Source: an uncultured Alphaproteobacteria bacterium (GTDB taxonomy: Bacteria > Pseudomonadota > Alphaproteobacteria > ATCC43930 > CGMCC-115725). From it: a stretch of 64,000 nucleotides of DNA. Within the stretch, counting starts at the first letter, position 1; every line of letters begins with the position of its first letter. The stretch lies in the NCBI GenBank assembly GCA_963789025.1, contig CAWBIT010000004.1, positions 253,041 to 317,040 of the forward strand, in the 5' to 3' direction. The notes beneath the pieces were generated by a model. It saw only the letters and a list, made by a program, of their open reading frames with translations. It had not been told where the DNA came from and made no database searches. This document shows positions 1 through 9,335 of this stretch, piece by piece. The position numbers and the translations under genes were made by a program.

Positions 1-1110
1 CCCGGCGATTTCCTCGCACACGGCTTCCGCCAGGAATTCGATGCCGCAGCAAAGGACCATTCGGACGCCGCCTATCGCATCTTTGTGCGGAAGACGATGC
101 AGTTCCTGGGACTACAGCTCGAGCAGAATTTTCCGGCCACCCCGATCCTTCCGGCGCTCGGCAACAACGACGAGGAGTGCGGTGATTATCAGCTGCAGCC
201 CGGCGGCCCGTTTCTCGCCGACACCCTGCCAATTCTGCGCCGGCTAGTCGGCAGCGCCGGCGGGCCGGGTTTCGACCGGGACTGGCAGGGCTATGGCAAT
301 TATACTGCTCGAGCAGGCGGCATCCGAGTGCTCTCGACCAACACCAACTTCCTGTCGATCCATTACCGCAACGCCTGCGGCTCATCCGCCGACGGCGACC
401 CCGGGCAAGCGACGCTCGCATGGCTCGAAGCCGAGCTCGCGGCGGCAAAGGAGGCTGCGGAGCGGGTCTGGCTTGTTTATCACATCCCGCCGGGTGTCGA
501 CGGCTTTGCGACGCTGCGGCGAGGCGCTTGCCCGGGCACAATGATCCCGATGTGGGATCAGACCCACGCCGCGGCTTTCCTCGCTCTCTTGAAGCGCTAT
601 GCCGATACTGTCGCAGCCGGTTTCGCCGGCCACACTCACATGGACGATTTCCGCCTGATCGGCGACGCCGAAGGCCGCTATGGGTTTGCACTAATCACGC
701 CGGCGGTGAGCCCGATCTATGACCAGAACCCGGCTTTTCGGACGGTCGTCTACGATGCCGCGGGCGGAATTCTCGATCAGACGACCTACGATCTGATGAA
801 CTTGGCGCAGGCGACAACCGCTGCCGGGGGCGTGCCGCCGGAATGGCGGGCGGAATACACCTTTACTCGGCAATGGAGCCTGCCGCGGGTCGATCTGCCG
901 AGCCTCGACCACCTTTATTCGCTGATCACGGACGCTCCGGTGAAGCGCGAGCAATGGCACATGATCTTCCCGGTATCGAGCCCGGTTTATTGGGCTCCGT
1001 TCTCCGGCGGGAGCGAGCAACTGGCGCAGGCGGTCCGCGCATTCCGTTGCGCATCGGGAAACGTCGCCCCATCGGATTACGGGCAATGCTACTGTAGCAG
1101 CCCAAACTAG
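1..1110 (+). CDS. Metallophosphoesterase (calcineurin-like phosphoesterase), 5' end outside window
   Basis: Frame is open from base 1 (PGDFLAHGF... precedes the Met at 85). Metal-ligand motifs GDxxxHG, GNNDEE and GHTHMDDF are typical of calcineurin-like phosphoesterases. Confidence 0.75.
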   Translation, partial: PGDFLAHGFRQEFDAAAKDHSDAAYRIFVRKTMQFLGLQLEQNFPATPILPALGNNDEECGDYQLQPGGPFLADTLPILRRLVGSAGGPGFDRDWQGYGNYTARAGGIRVLSTNTNFLSIHYRNACGSSADGDPGQATLAWLEAELAAAKEAAERVWLVYHIPPGVDGFATLRRGACPGTMIPMWDQTHAAAFLALLKRYADTVAAGFAGHTHMDDFRLIGDAEGRYGFALITPAVSPIYDQNPAFRTVVYDAAGGILDQTTYDLMNLAQATTAAGGVPPEWRAEYTFTRQWSLPRVDLPSLDHLYSLITDAPVKREQWHMIFPVSSPVYWAPFSGGSEQLAQAVRAFRCASGNVAPSDYGQCYCSSPN

Positions 1111-1205
1111 CGCAGGCTGCCGGGGCATCGCCCAACGGCCGTCGGCGCGAGACGAGGTTTGGCTTGCACTAAGCTCGGGCGCCGCAAACGGCGGATGAGG
1201 CCGGC

Positions 1206-1970
1206 TCAAAGATGTGCCTGCGCTCCTTGAACGCCGGCCCGATCGTCGGGGCTGCCCGATGGAGCAAAGATGCTCGCGAGCAGCACGCCGAGGATGCCGG
1301 TAAGAAAGATCCCGTCGAAGGTGCCTGCGCCGCCGATAGAAGCGACTGGCGCACCCAATCCTTGGACTTTTCCAAGATTGAGCAAGTCAGCCCCGATCAG
1401 CGTGCCGAGCGAGCCGCTGATATAGGCGAGCGCCCCGGCATGCCGTCGCGACAGCACCAGGGCGACAGCCGCCGCCGTAAGCGGCGGCACGAAGACCGGA
1501 AGGGCGATGCCGAGGCCAGGCACCGGGGTGGCCAACCAATGACACACCGCCGCCACCACGACGGCGCCGAGAATGCCGGTGATCCATAATTGGTTCCGGA
1601 TGTACAGATAAAGCGAGAGTAAACCTGGGATCAACGCGCCGCCGACATTGACGGCGATCACCGTGCCGGGCTGGCTGATGACCTGCGGGATTACATAATG
1701 CATGCCAAAGAACCAGACCTCCTGGGGCGAAACGATCTGCTGTGGCGGCAAAAGCGCTACCCGAATATTCAAGTAACTGCCGGCCAGCGAGGCCAGGAGT
1801 AGAAGCAGAGCGGCGTGTGGGCCGAGCCCCATGCTAAGATAGGCCGAGCGCAGCGCCTGAATCTCGATCCATGCGACGAGGAAGAGGAAGATCACCGCCA
1901 GCACAGAAAAGTGCGGCAGCGCGAGAGGGAGATATTGCAAGCTGCCCAGATCTATACTCGGCACGACCAT
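1206..1970 (-). CDS. Polytopic integral membrane protein (DUF1614-like, family recalled from memory)
   Basis: 254-aa ORF, almost entirely hydrophobic with multiple predicted helices. Antisense ORFs in the region are Arg/Pro-rich artefacts. Confidence 0.6.
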   Translation of the reverse strand: MVVPSIDLGSLQYLPLALPHFSVLAVIFLFLVAWIEIQALRSAYLSMGLGPHAALLLLLASLAGSYLNIRVALLPPQQIVSPQEVWFFGMHYVIPQVISQPGTVIAVNVGGALIPGLLSLYLYIRNQLWITGILGAVVVAAVCHWLATPVPGLGIALPVFVPPLTAAAVALVLSRRHAGALAYISGSLGTLIGADLLNLGKVQGLGAPVASIGGAGTFDGIFLTGILGVLLASIFAPSGSPDDRAGVQGAQAHL

Positions 1971-2098
1971 CCGGCTGAGGCTGATTTCGAGCCGCCCTGC
2001 GGTATATACGTACTAAATTGGCGAACGCTGGTGCGCGAGTCGTGATCCGGCTACCGCGCATCGCATATCCAAAATATACACATCAGGAAGCCGACCAC

Positions 2099-2344
2099 AT
2101 GGCAATTCAGGTTCAGATCGCGAAATGGGGCAACAGCCTCGGCGTCAGGCTTCCTCGTGATGTGGCCGCCCGCGCGGGTCTGACGGAGGGGGCGCGGGTC
2201 GATATCGAGGGCGCCGACGAGGGACGGATCATCATTTCTCGCTCGCGGCGCCGCTTTACGCTCGAGGAACTGCTGGCGGGAATGACACCCGAGCGCGAGC
2301 ACCGCCTGGAAGATGACGATACGAAGGGCGAGGAAATCATGTGA
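2099..2344 (+). CDS. AbrB/MazE/SpoVT-family antitoxin
   Basis: MAIQVQIAKWGNSLGVRLPRDV... is the SpoVT/AbrB looped-hinge motif. The internal ATG at 2099 is a better start than the track start at 2018. The stop overlaps a GTG/ATG (ATGTGATGG), as in mazEF operons. Confidence 0.75.
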   Translation: MAIQVQIAKWGNSLGVRLPRDVAARAGLTEGARVDIEGADEGRIIISRSRRRFTLEELLAGMTPEREHRLEDDDTKGEEIM

Positions 2345-2515
2345 TGGCGCCCCCTTGCTGAGTTTATAGTCCCGGCGGGCGGATCCCACATAAGACGAGC
2401 GCCCGGAACCGGGCTCTGCGCGATCGCTATCTCTGGCATGTCTGGAAACATGGTTGCTCGCGAGAGCGCCGTGCTAGGCTGACCCTCGATCGCTTTACTG
2501 AAACAGGAGGAAACC

Positions 2516-2839
2516 ATGGCGCAATCGCAACCATCGGCGGCCCGCGAGCAGGTTCGCAATATCGTGCCGGGGCTGATCGACCTCAGCGAGAGGGTGCTGT
2601 TCGGCGAAGTCTGGGAGCGTCCCGGTCTCTCGAAGCGCGACCGCAGCCTGATCACCTGCGCGACTTTGATCGCGCTGGGCCGTGAAAAGCAGCTCGTCGG
2701 CCATCTGCAGCGGGCGCTCGACAACGGCCTCACCAAAAACGAACTCAGCGAAGTCATCACCCATCTCGCCTTTTACGCCGGCTGGCCGGCGGCGATGACC
2801 GCGGCCCTCGTTGCCAAGGACGTGTTCGAGAAGCGCTAG
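2516..2839 (+). CDS. Carboxymuconolactone decarboxylase (CMD/AhpD-like) family protein
   Basis: 107 aa with GEVWERPGLSKRDRSLITCA...THLAFYAGWPAA, characteristic of the CMD domain. GGAGGA Shine-Dalgarno precedes the ATG. Confidence 0.85.
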   Translation: MAQSQPSAAREQVRNIVPGLIDLSERVLFGEVWERPGLSKRDRSLITCATLIALGREKQLVGHLQRALDNGLTKNELSEVITHLAFYAGWPAAMTAALVAKDVFEKR

Positions 2840-2858
2840 TTTAGCGCCGGACTGAATG

Positions 2859-2926
2859 CCCCTCACCCCGGCCCTCTCCCCGCAGGCGGGGAGAGGGAGG
2901 GACCCGCGAAGCGGGAGGGTGAGGGG
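2859..2926. repeat. REP-like nested palindromic element (type A)
   Basis: Outer arms CCCCTCACCCC...GGGTGAGGGG enclose an inner hairpin CCCTCTCCCCGC-AGG-CGGGGAGAGGG. It starts 20 nt after the CMD stop. The same family recurs at 6610, 22650, 50949 and 57635. Confidence 0.8.
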
Positions 2927-2968
2927 CGGCAAGCGACGGGTCCAGGGCGGAATACCAAGGAGGGCGAG

Positions 2969-3925
2969 ATGAAGATAGGGTTCATCGGTTTGGGCATGAT
3001 GGGTTCGGGCATGGCGGCCAATTTACAAAAGGCCGGGCATGACCTCGTCGTCCACGATTTGCGTCGTGCCGCCGCCGAACCCTATCTCTCTGCCGGCGCC
3101 GTTTGGGCCGATAGCCCGCGCGCGGTCGCCGAGGCGTCGGAAGTCGTCTTCACCTCACTCCCTGGACCGCCCGAGGTCGAGGCCGTGGCGCTCGGCGAGA
3201 ATGGGATTCTCAACGGGATGAGCCGCGGCAAAGCCTATTTCGACCTGTCGACAAATTCGCCGACGATGGTGCGCAAGATCAATGCCGCTTTCGCCGAGCG
3301 CGACGTCTACATGCTGGATTCGCCGGTCAGCGGCGGGCCGCGCGGCGCTCGGACCGGAAAGCTCGCGCTGTGGGTCGGCGGCGACGAGCAGATTTTCAAC
3401 CGCCACAAGCCCGTGCTCGATGCGATGGGCGACAAGGCGCGCTATGTCGGCCCGATCGGCGCCGGCTCGGTCGCCAAGCTTGTCCACAACGGCGCCGGCT
3501 ACTGCATCCAGACCGCTCTCGCTGAAATGTTTACGGTCGGTGTCAAGGCCGGCGTCGATCCTCTGGCGTTGTGGGAGGCGGTGCGCGAGGGAGCCAGCGG
3601 CCGCCGGCGCACCTTCGACGGGCTGATCGACCAATTCCTGCCCGGCAAATACGAACCGGCGGCTTTCGCGTTGCGTTTGGCGCACAAGGACATGTCCCTC
3701 GCCACGCAACTCGGCCGCGACTTCAACGTGCCGATGCGGGTCGCCAACCTGGCTTTGGCCGAGCTGAGCGAAGCTCTCAACCGAGGTTGGGGCGACCGCA
3801 ACTCGCGCTCCCCGATGCTGTTGCAGGAGGAGCGCGCCGGCGTCGAGATCCGCGTCGACCCAAAACGCCTGCAGGAAGCGCTCGATCGCGACCCGCCGGT
3901 CTCTGGCGACCCCAAGCACGGCTGA
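2969..3925 (+). CDS. NAD(P)-dependent beta-hydroxyacid dehydrogenase (3-hydroxyisobutyrate / 2-hydroxy-3-oxopropionate reductase family)
   Basis: N-terminal Rossmann fingerprint MKIGFIGLGMMGSGMAANL. Family-typical DSPVSGG and AGSVAKLVHN motifs. AAGGAGG Shine-Dalgarno. Confidence 0.85.
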   Translation: MKIGFIGLGMMGSGMAANLQKAGHDLVVHDLRRAAAEPYLSAGAVWADSPRAVAEASEVVFTSLPGPPEVEAVALGENGILNGMSRGKAYFDLSTNSPTMVRKINAAFAERDVYMLDSPVSGGPRGARTGKLALWVGGDEQIFNRHKPVLDAMGDKARYVGPIGAGSVAKLVHNGAGYCIQTALAEMFTVGVKAGVDPLALWEAVREGASGRRRTFDGLIDQFLPGKYEPAAFALRLAHKDMSLATQLGRDFNVPMRVANLALAELSEALNRGWGDRNSRSPMLLQEERAGVEIRVDPKRLQEALDRDPPVSGDPKHG

Positions 3926-4281
3926 GTGTCCGAACCCGTGTACCACAATTTTGCTAATTTATCAGTTAATATATTGACAATCGCCTCCAGAGCTAGTAAC
4001 GTCGGGCGGTTTTGTCTGCGGGCCGAGGCTGCTTTGGGATAACCGGATCAGCCAGCCGGAACAGCGGAAAACAGCGAAGGAACAGCCAAAGCCTTTGCTG
4101 TTTTCTTAGGCTCGGATCGTTGCCGTCCCTGCGTTTCCGCCAAAAACCAACCCTGTCTGACTGAAATTTTTTTGTCGAACGCCGAAAACAGCCAGAAATG
4201 TTCGGTTCCACTCTCCACGGATCGGGCGCTATAGTCGCTTAGAGGGCGGTCGATCGCCGGCATCGGGAGGAGTGACGAGAG

Positions 4282-5514
4282 ATGGATGGCACTGGCGTGG
4301 AGCTGGATTGTCTCGAAGGCGTGCGGGTGGTCGATTTTACGCAATTCGAGGCGGGGCCTTCCTGCACCGAGGCGCTCGCCTGGCTCGGCGCCGAGGTGGT
4401 CAAGATCGAGAACCCGAAGACCGGCGATCCCGGCCGCCGGTTGCGGCCTGGTCAACCCGACGATGACCCCTGGTATTTCCACCAGTTCAACGCCAACAAG
4501 AAATCGGTCACCCTCAACCTCAAATCGCCGCGCGGGCTCGAGATCGTCAAGGAGCTCTTAAAGAAGGCCGACATCACGGTCGAGAACATGGCTCCCGGCA
4601 CGATCGAGCGGCTGGGCCTGGGTTATGACGTCGTCAAGGAGCTGAACCCGGGGATCGTCTATTGCCAGGTCAAGGGCTTTGGCGCCGGCAGCCCGTACGA
4701 AAAGAACCTCGCCTTCGACATGATCGCGCAGGCGGCGGGCGGCCCAACCAGCGTCACCGGCTATGGCGACCGCCCGCCGGTCAAGCCGGGCCCGTCATTC
4801 GGTGACACAGGCACGGGCATGCTGATGGCGATCAGCATCCTCGCCGCGCTGCGCAAGCGGGACCGCACCGGCAAAGGACAACGGCTTCAGGTCGCGATGC
4901 AGGACGCGATGATCCATTACATGCGGGTGCCGTTTTCGCGCACCCAGCTGAGCGGCCAGGCCCAGCTGCGCGGCGGCAGCGACCGCTCCCAGCCCGGCGG
5001 GCTCGTGCCTTCAGCCTTGTACCCATGCAAGCCCGGCGGACCCAACGACTACGTCTATGTCTTTACCAGCCGCGCCAATCCGGAGCATTGGACCCGGCTC
5101 CTCAAGGCGATCGGCCGCGACGACCTGGTCGGCGACTCGCGCTACGACACCAATCAGGCCCGCAGCGCACGCGCCGCCGAGGTCGACGAAATCATCGCCC
5201 AATGGACACGCCAGCACAGCAAGGAGGTCGCGATGAAGATCATCGGCGAAGCCGGCGTGCCGGCCGGCGCGGTGTTCAACACGCTGGAGTTGATGAACGA
5301 TCCTTCACTCTCCGAACGCGGCATCATGCAGACAATCGACCATCCGACGACCGGCAAGGTAACGGTGCCGGCATGGCCGGTGCGCTTCGACGGCGCGCCG
5401 GCGCGCGTCAAGCCATCGCCGCTGCTCGGCCAGCACAATGTCGAGATTCTCGGCGGCTGGCTCGGCATCGGCACTGCTGAAGTCGAGGCGCTGCGCGCCG
5501 AAGGGATCGTTTGA
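4282..5514 (+). CDS. Family III CoA-transferase (CaiB/BaiF/Frc-like), paralog 1
   Basis: LEGVRVVDFTQFEAGPSCTEALAWLGAEVVKIE N-terminus and GDTGTG motif are typical of class III CoA-transferases. GGGAGGAG Shine-Dalgarno. Confidence 0.9.
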   Translation: MDGTGVELDCLEGVRVVDFTQFEAGPSCTEALAWLGAEVVKIENPKTGDPGRRLRPGQPDDDPWYFHQFNANKKSVTLNLKSPRGLEIVKELLKKADITVENMAPGTIERLGLGYDVVKELNPGIVYCQVKGFGAGSPYEKNLAFDMIAQAAGGPTSVTGYGDRPPVKPGPSFGDTGTGMLMAISILAALRKRDRTGKGQRLQVAMQDAMIHYMRVPFSRTQLSGQAQLRGGSDRSQPGGLVPSALYPCKPGGPNDYVYVFTSRANPEHWTRLLKAIGRDDLVGDSRYDTNQARSARAAEVDEIIAQWTRQHSKEVAMKIIGEAGVPAGAVFNTLELMNDPSLSERGIMQTIDHPTTGKVTVPAWPVRFDGAPARVKPSPLLGQHNVEILGGWLGIGTAEVEALRAEGIV

Positions 5515-5525
5515 CGAGCCCCGGC

Positions 5526-5894
5526 TCAGCGCTCACTGCCCGAGCGGTAACACGGGGCGACGTTGATCTTGTCCACGTGATGCCGATCGCCCTCGGTGTC
5601 GCTGAAAATCACGCAATGGCCGCCTTTTTGAGCGATCCGAGCAACAGGAAAAGCGTATTCCTTGGGACTGCTGCCAAACGTGACCGTGATCGTGTCGCCG
5701 ACCGTGATCTGTGGCGGCAAGGTGATGTGGTGATACCTTTTGCAGGAGCTGGCGACGAGCCAGTCGCGGCATTTGGTCAGCACGCCCGGGCCTCCCGGCT
5801 GGACCGCCTCGACGCTAGCGGGCTCTTGAGCGGCGGCAGGACCGAGATAGCCGGCGCCGATCAACAGACCTGCAGTCCAGATCCGCTGCTTCAT
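5526..5894 (-). CDS. Exported hypothetical protein
   Basis: Start chosen at MKQRIWTAGLLIGAGYLGPAAAQ, a Sec-type signal peptide. No recognisable domain. Confidence 0.5.
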   Translation of the reverse strand: MKQRIWTAGLLIGAGYLGPAAAQEPASVEAVQPGGPGVLTKCRDWLVASSCKRYHHITLPPQITVGDTITVTFGSSPKEYAFPVARIAQKGGHCVIFSDTEGDRHHVDKINVAPCYRSGSER

Positions 5895-5972
5895 ACGCTT
5901 CGCCAAGCACATGCGACGTGGTAAATTTGCCTCCAGCATGACAGCGTTTTAAACCAAAACGAGGGATCTACG

Positions 5973-6590
5973 ATGAAGCTTTACTACGCGCCAGGCGCCT
6001 GCTCTATCGGCATCCATGTGTTGCTCGAAGAAATCGGCAAGCCTTACCAGGCTGAGGCTGTGAACCTGCGCGACGGCGCACAATTCAAGCCGCCCTTCAC
6101 CGGGGTGAACGCAAAAGCAAAGGTTCCGACCCTCGAGCGCGACGATGGCTCGATCCTCACCGAGTTCCCGGTCATTGCCCGGTGGCTCGCTCGCCAAAAT
6201 CCGCAGGCGAATTTGATCCCGAAAGACGAGGAAGCCGACACGCGAGCGATGGAGGCGATGGAATACATCGTCGGTACGATCCATTCCCAGGGCTTTACGC
6301 GCATCTTTCGCACGGACCGCTTCGCTCCATCTCAATCGGATCACGAGGCGGTGAAGGCGACCGGCCGCGAGAACGCCGAGAAGGGGTTCGCGCTGATCGA
6401 CAAGCAGCTCGAAGGAAAGCCATACCTCGCGGGCGAGTTTTCGATCGCCGACGCCGCGTTGTTTTATGTGGAATATTGGGCGAGCAAGCGGGCCGGCATC
6501 CAATTGCCGAAAAATTGCGCCGCTCATTTCGACCGCATGATGGCGCGTCCGGCAGTGCAGCGCGCCCTGCAGCAGGAAGGGATGAACTGA
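5973..6590 (+). CDS. Glutathione S-transferase
   Basis: MKLYYAPGACSIGIHVLLEE... with KVPTLE and a C-terminal helical domain, typical of bacterial GSTs. Confidence 0.9.
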   Translation: MKLYYAPGACSIGIHVLLEEIGKPYQAEAVNLRDGAQFKPPFTGVNAKAKVPTLERDDGSILTEFPVIARWLARQNPQANLIPKDEEADTRAMEAMEYIVGTIHSQGFTRIFRTDRFAPSQSDHEAVKATGRENAEKGFALIDKQLEGKPYLAGEFSIADAALFYVEYWASKRAGIQLPKNCAAHFDRMMARPAVQRALQQEGMN

Positions 6591-6609
6591 CGACCAATGC
6601 CCCTGGAGA

Positions 6610-6696
6610 CCCTCACCCACCAAGCCCTTTCAGGCTTGGTCCCCCCTCTCCCGCGGTGCGGGAGAGCGTGCCGAGCGCAGCGAGGCGGGTGAGGGG
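6610..6696. repeat. REP-like nested palindromic element (type A)
   Basis: CCCTCACCCACC...CCCCTCTCCCGC-GGTG-CGGGAGAG...GGCGGGTGAGGGG. Near-identical in its arms to the element at 57635. It starts 20 nt after the GST stop. Confidence 0.8.
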
Positions 6697-6729
6697 AATC
6701 TGGCAGATCTTTGCAGGGAGTGAAAGATT

Positions 6730-7929
6730 ATGGATGGAAACGCCGTATCGCCGAACTGTCTTGCCGGCATCAAGGTGCTCGATCTAACCCAGTTCGAGGC
6801 CGGGACGAGCTGCACCGAAGCGCTCGCCTGGATGGGGGCCGAAGTCGTCAAGGTGGAACCCCCGAAGGGCGGTGAAGCCGGCCGCCGCGGCGTCGCTGAC
6901 CCGTATTATTTCATGGCGTACAACGCCAACAAGAAGTCGATCACCGTCAATCTCAAATCCGAACGCGGCTTGGCGCTGGTCAAGGACATGGCCAAACAGG
7001 CCGATGTCTTCACCGAGAACTTTGCGCCCGGCGCTGTCGAGCGGCTGGGCCTCGGCTATGATGTCGTCAGCGCGCTAAACCCGCGGATCATCTATGCGCA
7101 AGTTAAAGGCTTCGGTGCCGGCAGCCCGTATGAAGGCGGTCTGTGCTTCGACCCGATCGCGCAGGCTTGCGGCGGCGCGATGAGCATTACCGGCGAGCGC
7201 GACGGCAAGCCGATCAAGCCGGGGCCGACAATCGGCGACACCGGCACCGGCATGCTGCTCGCGTTCAGCATCGTCAGCGCACTCTATCAGCGCGTGCAAA
7301 CCGGCAAGGGACGGCGGCTGCAGGCGGCGATGCAGGATTCGGTCATGCATTACAGCCGCGGCATGTTCATCAGGCAGGCACAAACCGGGAAGCCCGCACA
7401 ACGACAGCCGGCCGGCGGCAATCCACCTCACGGTATTTTTCCATGCGAGCCGGGCGGCCCCAACGATTACGTCTATCTGCTCACCAGCCGAGCCAATCCC
7501 GAGCACTGGCCGCGCCTGTTGAAGCTGATCGGCCGCGAAGATCTGATCGGCGATCCGCGTTACGATACCGCCGCGGCCCGCGTCGAGCACGAGGCGGAGG
7601 TCGACGAGATCATCGCTACATGGACGCGCGAGCGCACCAAGCAGGAGGCGATGGCGCAGATCAGCGGCGCGGGTGTGCCAGCCGGGGCCGTCTTCGATTC
7701 TGTGGAGCTGACGAGCGAGCCGAGCTTCGCAAAGCGCGGTATCCTGCAGACCGTGCAGCACGGCGATTGGCAGATGACGATGCCGACCTGGCCGGTGCGG
7801 TTTGACGGCGCCCCGCCGCCGATCAAACCCGCGCCACTGCTGGGCGAGCACACCCTCGAGGTGTTCGACAAATGGCTCGGACTGGACGCCGCGGAGGTCG
7901 AGGCGCTGCGCCAGCAAGGGGTCGTTTAA
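6730..7929 (+). CDS. Family III CoA-transferase (CaiB/BaiF/Frc-like), paralog 2
   Basis: LAGIKVLDLTQFEAGTSCTEALAWMGAEVVKVE. Collinear with the 4282-5514 product over its whole length. Confidence 0.9.
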   Translation: MDGNAVSPNCLAGIKVLDLTQFEAGTSCTEALAWMGAEVVKVEPPKGGEAGRRGVADPYYFMAYNANKKSITVNLKSERGLALVKDMAKQADVFTENFAPGAVERLGLGYDVVSALNPRIIYAQVKGFGAGSPYEGGLCFDPIAQACGGAMSITGERDGKPIKPGPTIGDTGTGMLLAFSIVSALYQRVQTGKGRRLQAAMQDSVMHYSRGMFIRQAQTGKPAQRQPAGGNPPHGIFPCEPGGPNDYVYLLTSRANPEHWPRLLKLIGREDLIGDPRYDTAAARVEHEAEVDEIIATWTRERTKQEAMAQISGAGVPAGAVFDSVELTSEPSFAKRGILQTVQHGDWQMTMPTWPVRFDGAPPPIKPAPLLGEHTLEVFDKWLGLDAAEVEALRQQGVV

Positions 7930-7977
7930 GCGCGCCCTGTCGGTTCCCTCCCTCGCACGCCGGACGCGGGAGGGAAT

Positions 7978-8244
7978 TCAGCCGATGATGCCGGAGCTCG
8001 ATACTCCTGCATCGAGGGTCGCCGGCGGCAACTCCGAGGCGGCATCGGCTCGACCGCCGAAGTGTTGCGCGAAAGCGTGGGCCTGTTTAGCAATCTTAAA
8101 CTCGAGAGAAACGAGCACTCCATCATCAACGTCACGGCACGAAAAGGCGGAAGGCTCAAAACGGTGCTGGTCCAGCCACACCCGCATCGCGCCCATCTCC
8201 CGCGGCAGGTCGCTCGGGTTGAGGCGGAGTTCTACAGCGCTCAT
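7978..8244 (-). CDS. Small hypothetical protein
   Basis: 88-aa ORF with protein-like composition. No domain recognised and no clear Shine-Dalgarno. Confidence 0.4.
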   Translation of the reverse strand: MSAVELRLNPSDLPREMGAMRVWLDQHRFEPSAFSCRDVDDGVLVSLEFKIAKQAHAFAQHFGGRADAASELPPATLDAGVSSSGIIG

Positions 8245-8342
8245 ATTTTATAGCTCGGTTGTTACTGCGAGGCTCTATTGTACCATTACGCGCGGGCTAG
8301 CCTAGGCCGGGCGTGTCACGACACATCTTTGTCACAACCGGG

Positions 8343-9086
8343 TTAGACCGGTTCGCGCCGGTAATGATAGCGGTAGAGTTCCGTCTTCAATCCGACGGCG
8401 TCGTATAGGGCCCGCGCCGGCGCATTGTGGGCTTCCACCTCAAGGCAAACGCCGACGGCCCCCTGGTCCCTGGCCCAGGCGGCCAGTGCTTTGACGATCC
8501 GACGGCCCCAACCCCGCCTTCGCCGGGGCGAGTCGGTGATCACCAACTCATAGCAAAGCAAGCCGGTGTGCAACGCGCCATAGGCCAGGGCAACGATACC
8601 TCCCTCATCCGACAGCGCGGCAAAGGCAGCCGGAATGGCGAGCTGACCGACGATCCGCCGATAAGTCGCGGCTTGCTCGCTCGAATGATTCTGCAGCGCC
8701 GCCATCGCGCCGAACCACTCAGGGGTCGGCTTGTCGAGTAGCCCTACATCCGGGTCTCGTGCCGCCTCGATGTCTTCGATCGGACCATAGAGCACACAAC
8801 TTTCGCCCTCTGCGGTATAGCCAGCTTCCGCAAGGCGCTTGTCGACCATAGGACCCATCAGCGAGAGCACTCGAAAGATCGTGGGCAGGCCCACTCTCCG
8901 ATAGAGCGCCTCGCAAGCCCGCAAATCGACCTGTGAAACCTGCCGTAGCGGATTTGCCGAATTGGCGCGGCGCGTCAGGCCTGCGCTGAAGCGCAGCACC
9001 CAGCCATCGAGCAGCACTTCTCGAAGCGCCGGCCAGGCATTGAGGCAGGTTTCCTCGACGCGCCACTCCAGTGCCCGCTCCGGCAT
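8343..9086 (-). CDS. GNAT-family N-acetyltransferase
   Basis: Acetyl-CoA-binding signature RRRGWGRRIVKALAAWA followed by EVEAHNAPARALYDAVG. Confidence 0.8.
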   Translation of the reverse strand: MPERALEWRVEETCLNAWPALREVLLDGWVLRFSAGLTRRANSANPLRQVSQVDLRACEALYRRVGLPTIFRVLSLMGPMVDKRLAEAGYTAEGESCVLYGPIEDIEAARDPDVGLLDKPTPEWFGAMAALQNHSSEQAATYRRIVGQLAIPAAFAALSDEGGIVALAYGALHTGLLCYELVITDSPRRRRGWGRRIVKALAAWARDQGAVGVCLEVEAHNAPARALYDAVGLKTELYRYHYRREPV

Positions 9087-9092
9087 CTATCG

Positions 9093-9335
9093 CTACCTCG
9101 GCGCTCTGGGCTTACTCGGGTCGGCACCCGCGTGCCGGCACAGTGTCTTCACATAAGCGGTGCGGCCGATCTCGGCTGCGAGCGCCGAGCGGGCGATGAC
9201 ATCCTGCCAGCCCATCACGCAGGAGAGCTCGTTCTCGACCCCGGTCGATAGGACATCGGCGGCGGTCGTCTCGTCGCACGCCTCCGGGGCGATCGTGTTG
9301 AGGCAGATCAGGATCACCGCAACGAACGGATTCAT
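9093..9335 (-). CDS. Small Cys-containing hypothetical protein, directly abutting the pqqE stop
   Basis: 80-aa ORF whose ATG (9335) is the base next to the pqqE stop codon (9336-9338). Hydrophobic N-terminus MNPFVAVILICLNTIAP and four Cys residues. Confidence 0.4.
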   Translation of the reverse strand: MNPFVAVILICLNTIAPEACDETTAADVLSTGVENELSCVMGWQDVIARSALAAEIGRTAYVKTLCRHAGADPSKPRAPR

